A program made the position numbers and the translations under genes. The notes beneath the pieces were generated by a model. It saw only the letters and a list, made by a program, of their open reading frames with translations, was not told the origin of the DNA and made no database searches. A stretch of DNA of 64,000 nucleotides, taken from an uncultured Gammaproteobacteria bacterium. Its GTDB lineage: Bacteria; Patescibacteriota; Patescibacteriia; Magasanikbacterales; UBA922. Shown here one piece after another: positions 63,418-64,000 of the stretch (its first letter is position 1; each line of letters starts with the position of its first letter). Location of the stretch: the NCBI GenBank assembly GCA_964418775.1, contig CAYQNA010000004.1, positions 14,230-78,229 of the forward strand. The letters run 5' to 3'.

Positions 63418-64000
63418 TTAGGCAATAATCTTGGTTACAACACCTGCACCAACGGTGCGACCACCTTCGCGGATAGCGAAGCGCATCTTCTCTTCGATAC
63501 CTACTGGTACGATGAGCTTGATGTGGAGGTTGGCAGTATCGCCAGGCATTACCATTTCAGTACCGGCTGGCAATGTGATATCACCAGTAACGTCGGTAGT
63601 ACGGATGTAGAACTGTGGCTTGTAGCCGTTGAAGAATGGCTTGTGGCGACCACCTTCTTCTTTGGTCAAAGCGTAAACTTCGGCCTCGAATTCAGTGTGA
63701 GCCTTGATAGTGCCAGTTTTAGCAAGCACCATACCGCGCATAACTTCGTCTTTCTTAGTACCGCGGAGCAAGAGACCAGCGTTGTCACCGGCCATACCTT
63801 CCTGGAGGGACTTGTTGAACATTTCAACACCAGTGATGGTTGTTTTCATCACGTCTGGTTGCATACCAACGATTTCAACTTCGTCACCAACCTTGATGCG
63901 GCCGCGTTCGATACGACCAGTAACTACAGTACCACGACCTTCAATGGAGAAGACGTCTTCAATAGGCATGAAGAATGGCTTGTCCAAGTCGCGTTCTGGC
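63418..64000 (-). CDS. tuf: Elongation factor Tu, 5' part beyond the window end
   Basis: [40 protein letters not shown]. Confidence 0.98.
   Translation of the reverse strand, partial: PERDLDKPFFMPIEDVFSIEGRGTVVTGRIERGRIKVGDEVEIVGMQPDVMKTTITGVEMFNKSLQEGMAGDNAGLLLRGTKKDEVMRGMVLAKTGTIKAHTEFEAEVYALTKEEGGRHKPFFNGYKPQFYIRTTDVTGDITLPAGTEMVMPGDTANLHIKLIVPVGIEEKMRFAIREGGRTVGAGVVTKIIA

Noticed and set aside
1-64000. CRISPR array or cas genes
   Set aside because: I saw no regularly spaced repeats; the only long exact repeats noticed are the tRNA-Thr halves.
1-64000. Genetic code 25 (TGA = Gly) as in Gracilibacteria
   Set aside because: Conserved genes are full length under code 11, and TGA ends genes at coupled overlaps such as 6351-6354.

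Overview
This window looks like chromosome from a Patescibacteria (CPR, Parcubacteria-like) genome using genetic code 11. The basis is inferential: rpmD is missing from the S10-spc cluster, few genes have Shine-Dalgarno motifs, glyS is the single-subunit type, and a PrgI/VirB4/VirB6-like cluster sits next to comF. The right end holds the tuf-rpsJ-S10-spc-secY-adk-map block. The middle holds housekeeping genes, tRNA clusters and accessory enzymes. The left end holds csoR-copA and two ECF sigma factors. The most striking feature is a ~6.9 kb integrative element (8088-15023) inserted into the 7-nt anticodon loop of tRNA-Thr(GGT). It leaves the host gene in two unrestored halves. It carries a complete replacement tRNA-Thr(GGT) with identical exons, interrupted by a 198-nt group I intron placed inside the integration core. 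Its cargo is two Xer-like integrases, a type I CBASS pair (CD-NTase plus Cap15-like effector), a trypsin-like protease and a structured RNA leader. Other notable items are a tRNA-Ser with the rare ACT anticodon, a compact T-box riboswitch ahead of glyS, an NYN gene with a convergent promoter-driven small RNA, a fatty acid desaturase, and a GC-rich orphan with a His-rich tail inserted between secY and adk. All calls are by-eye readings with no database searches.
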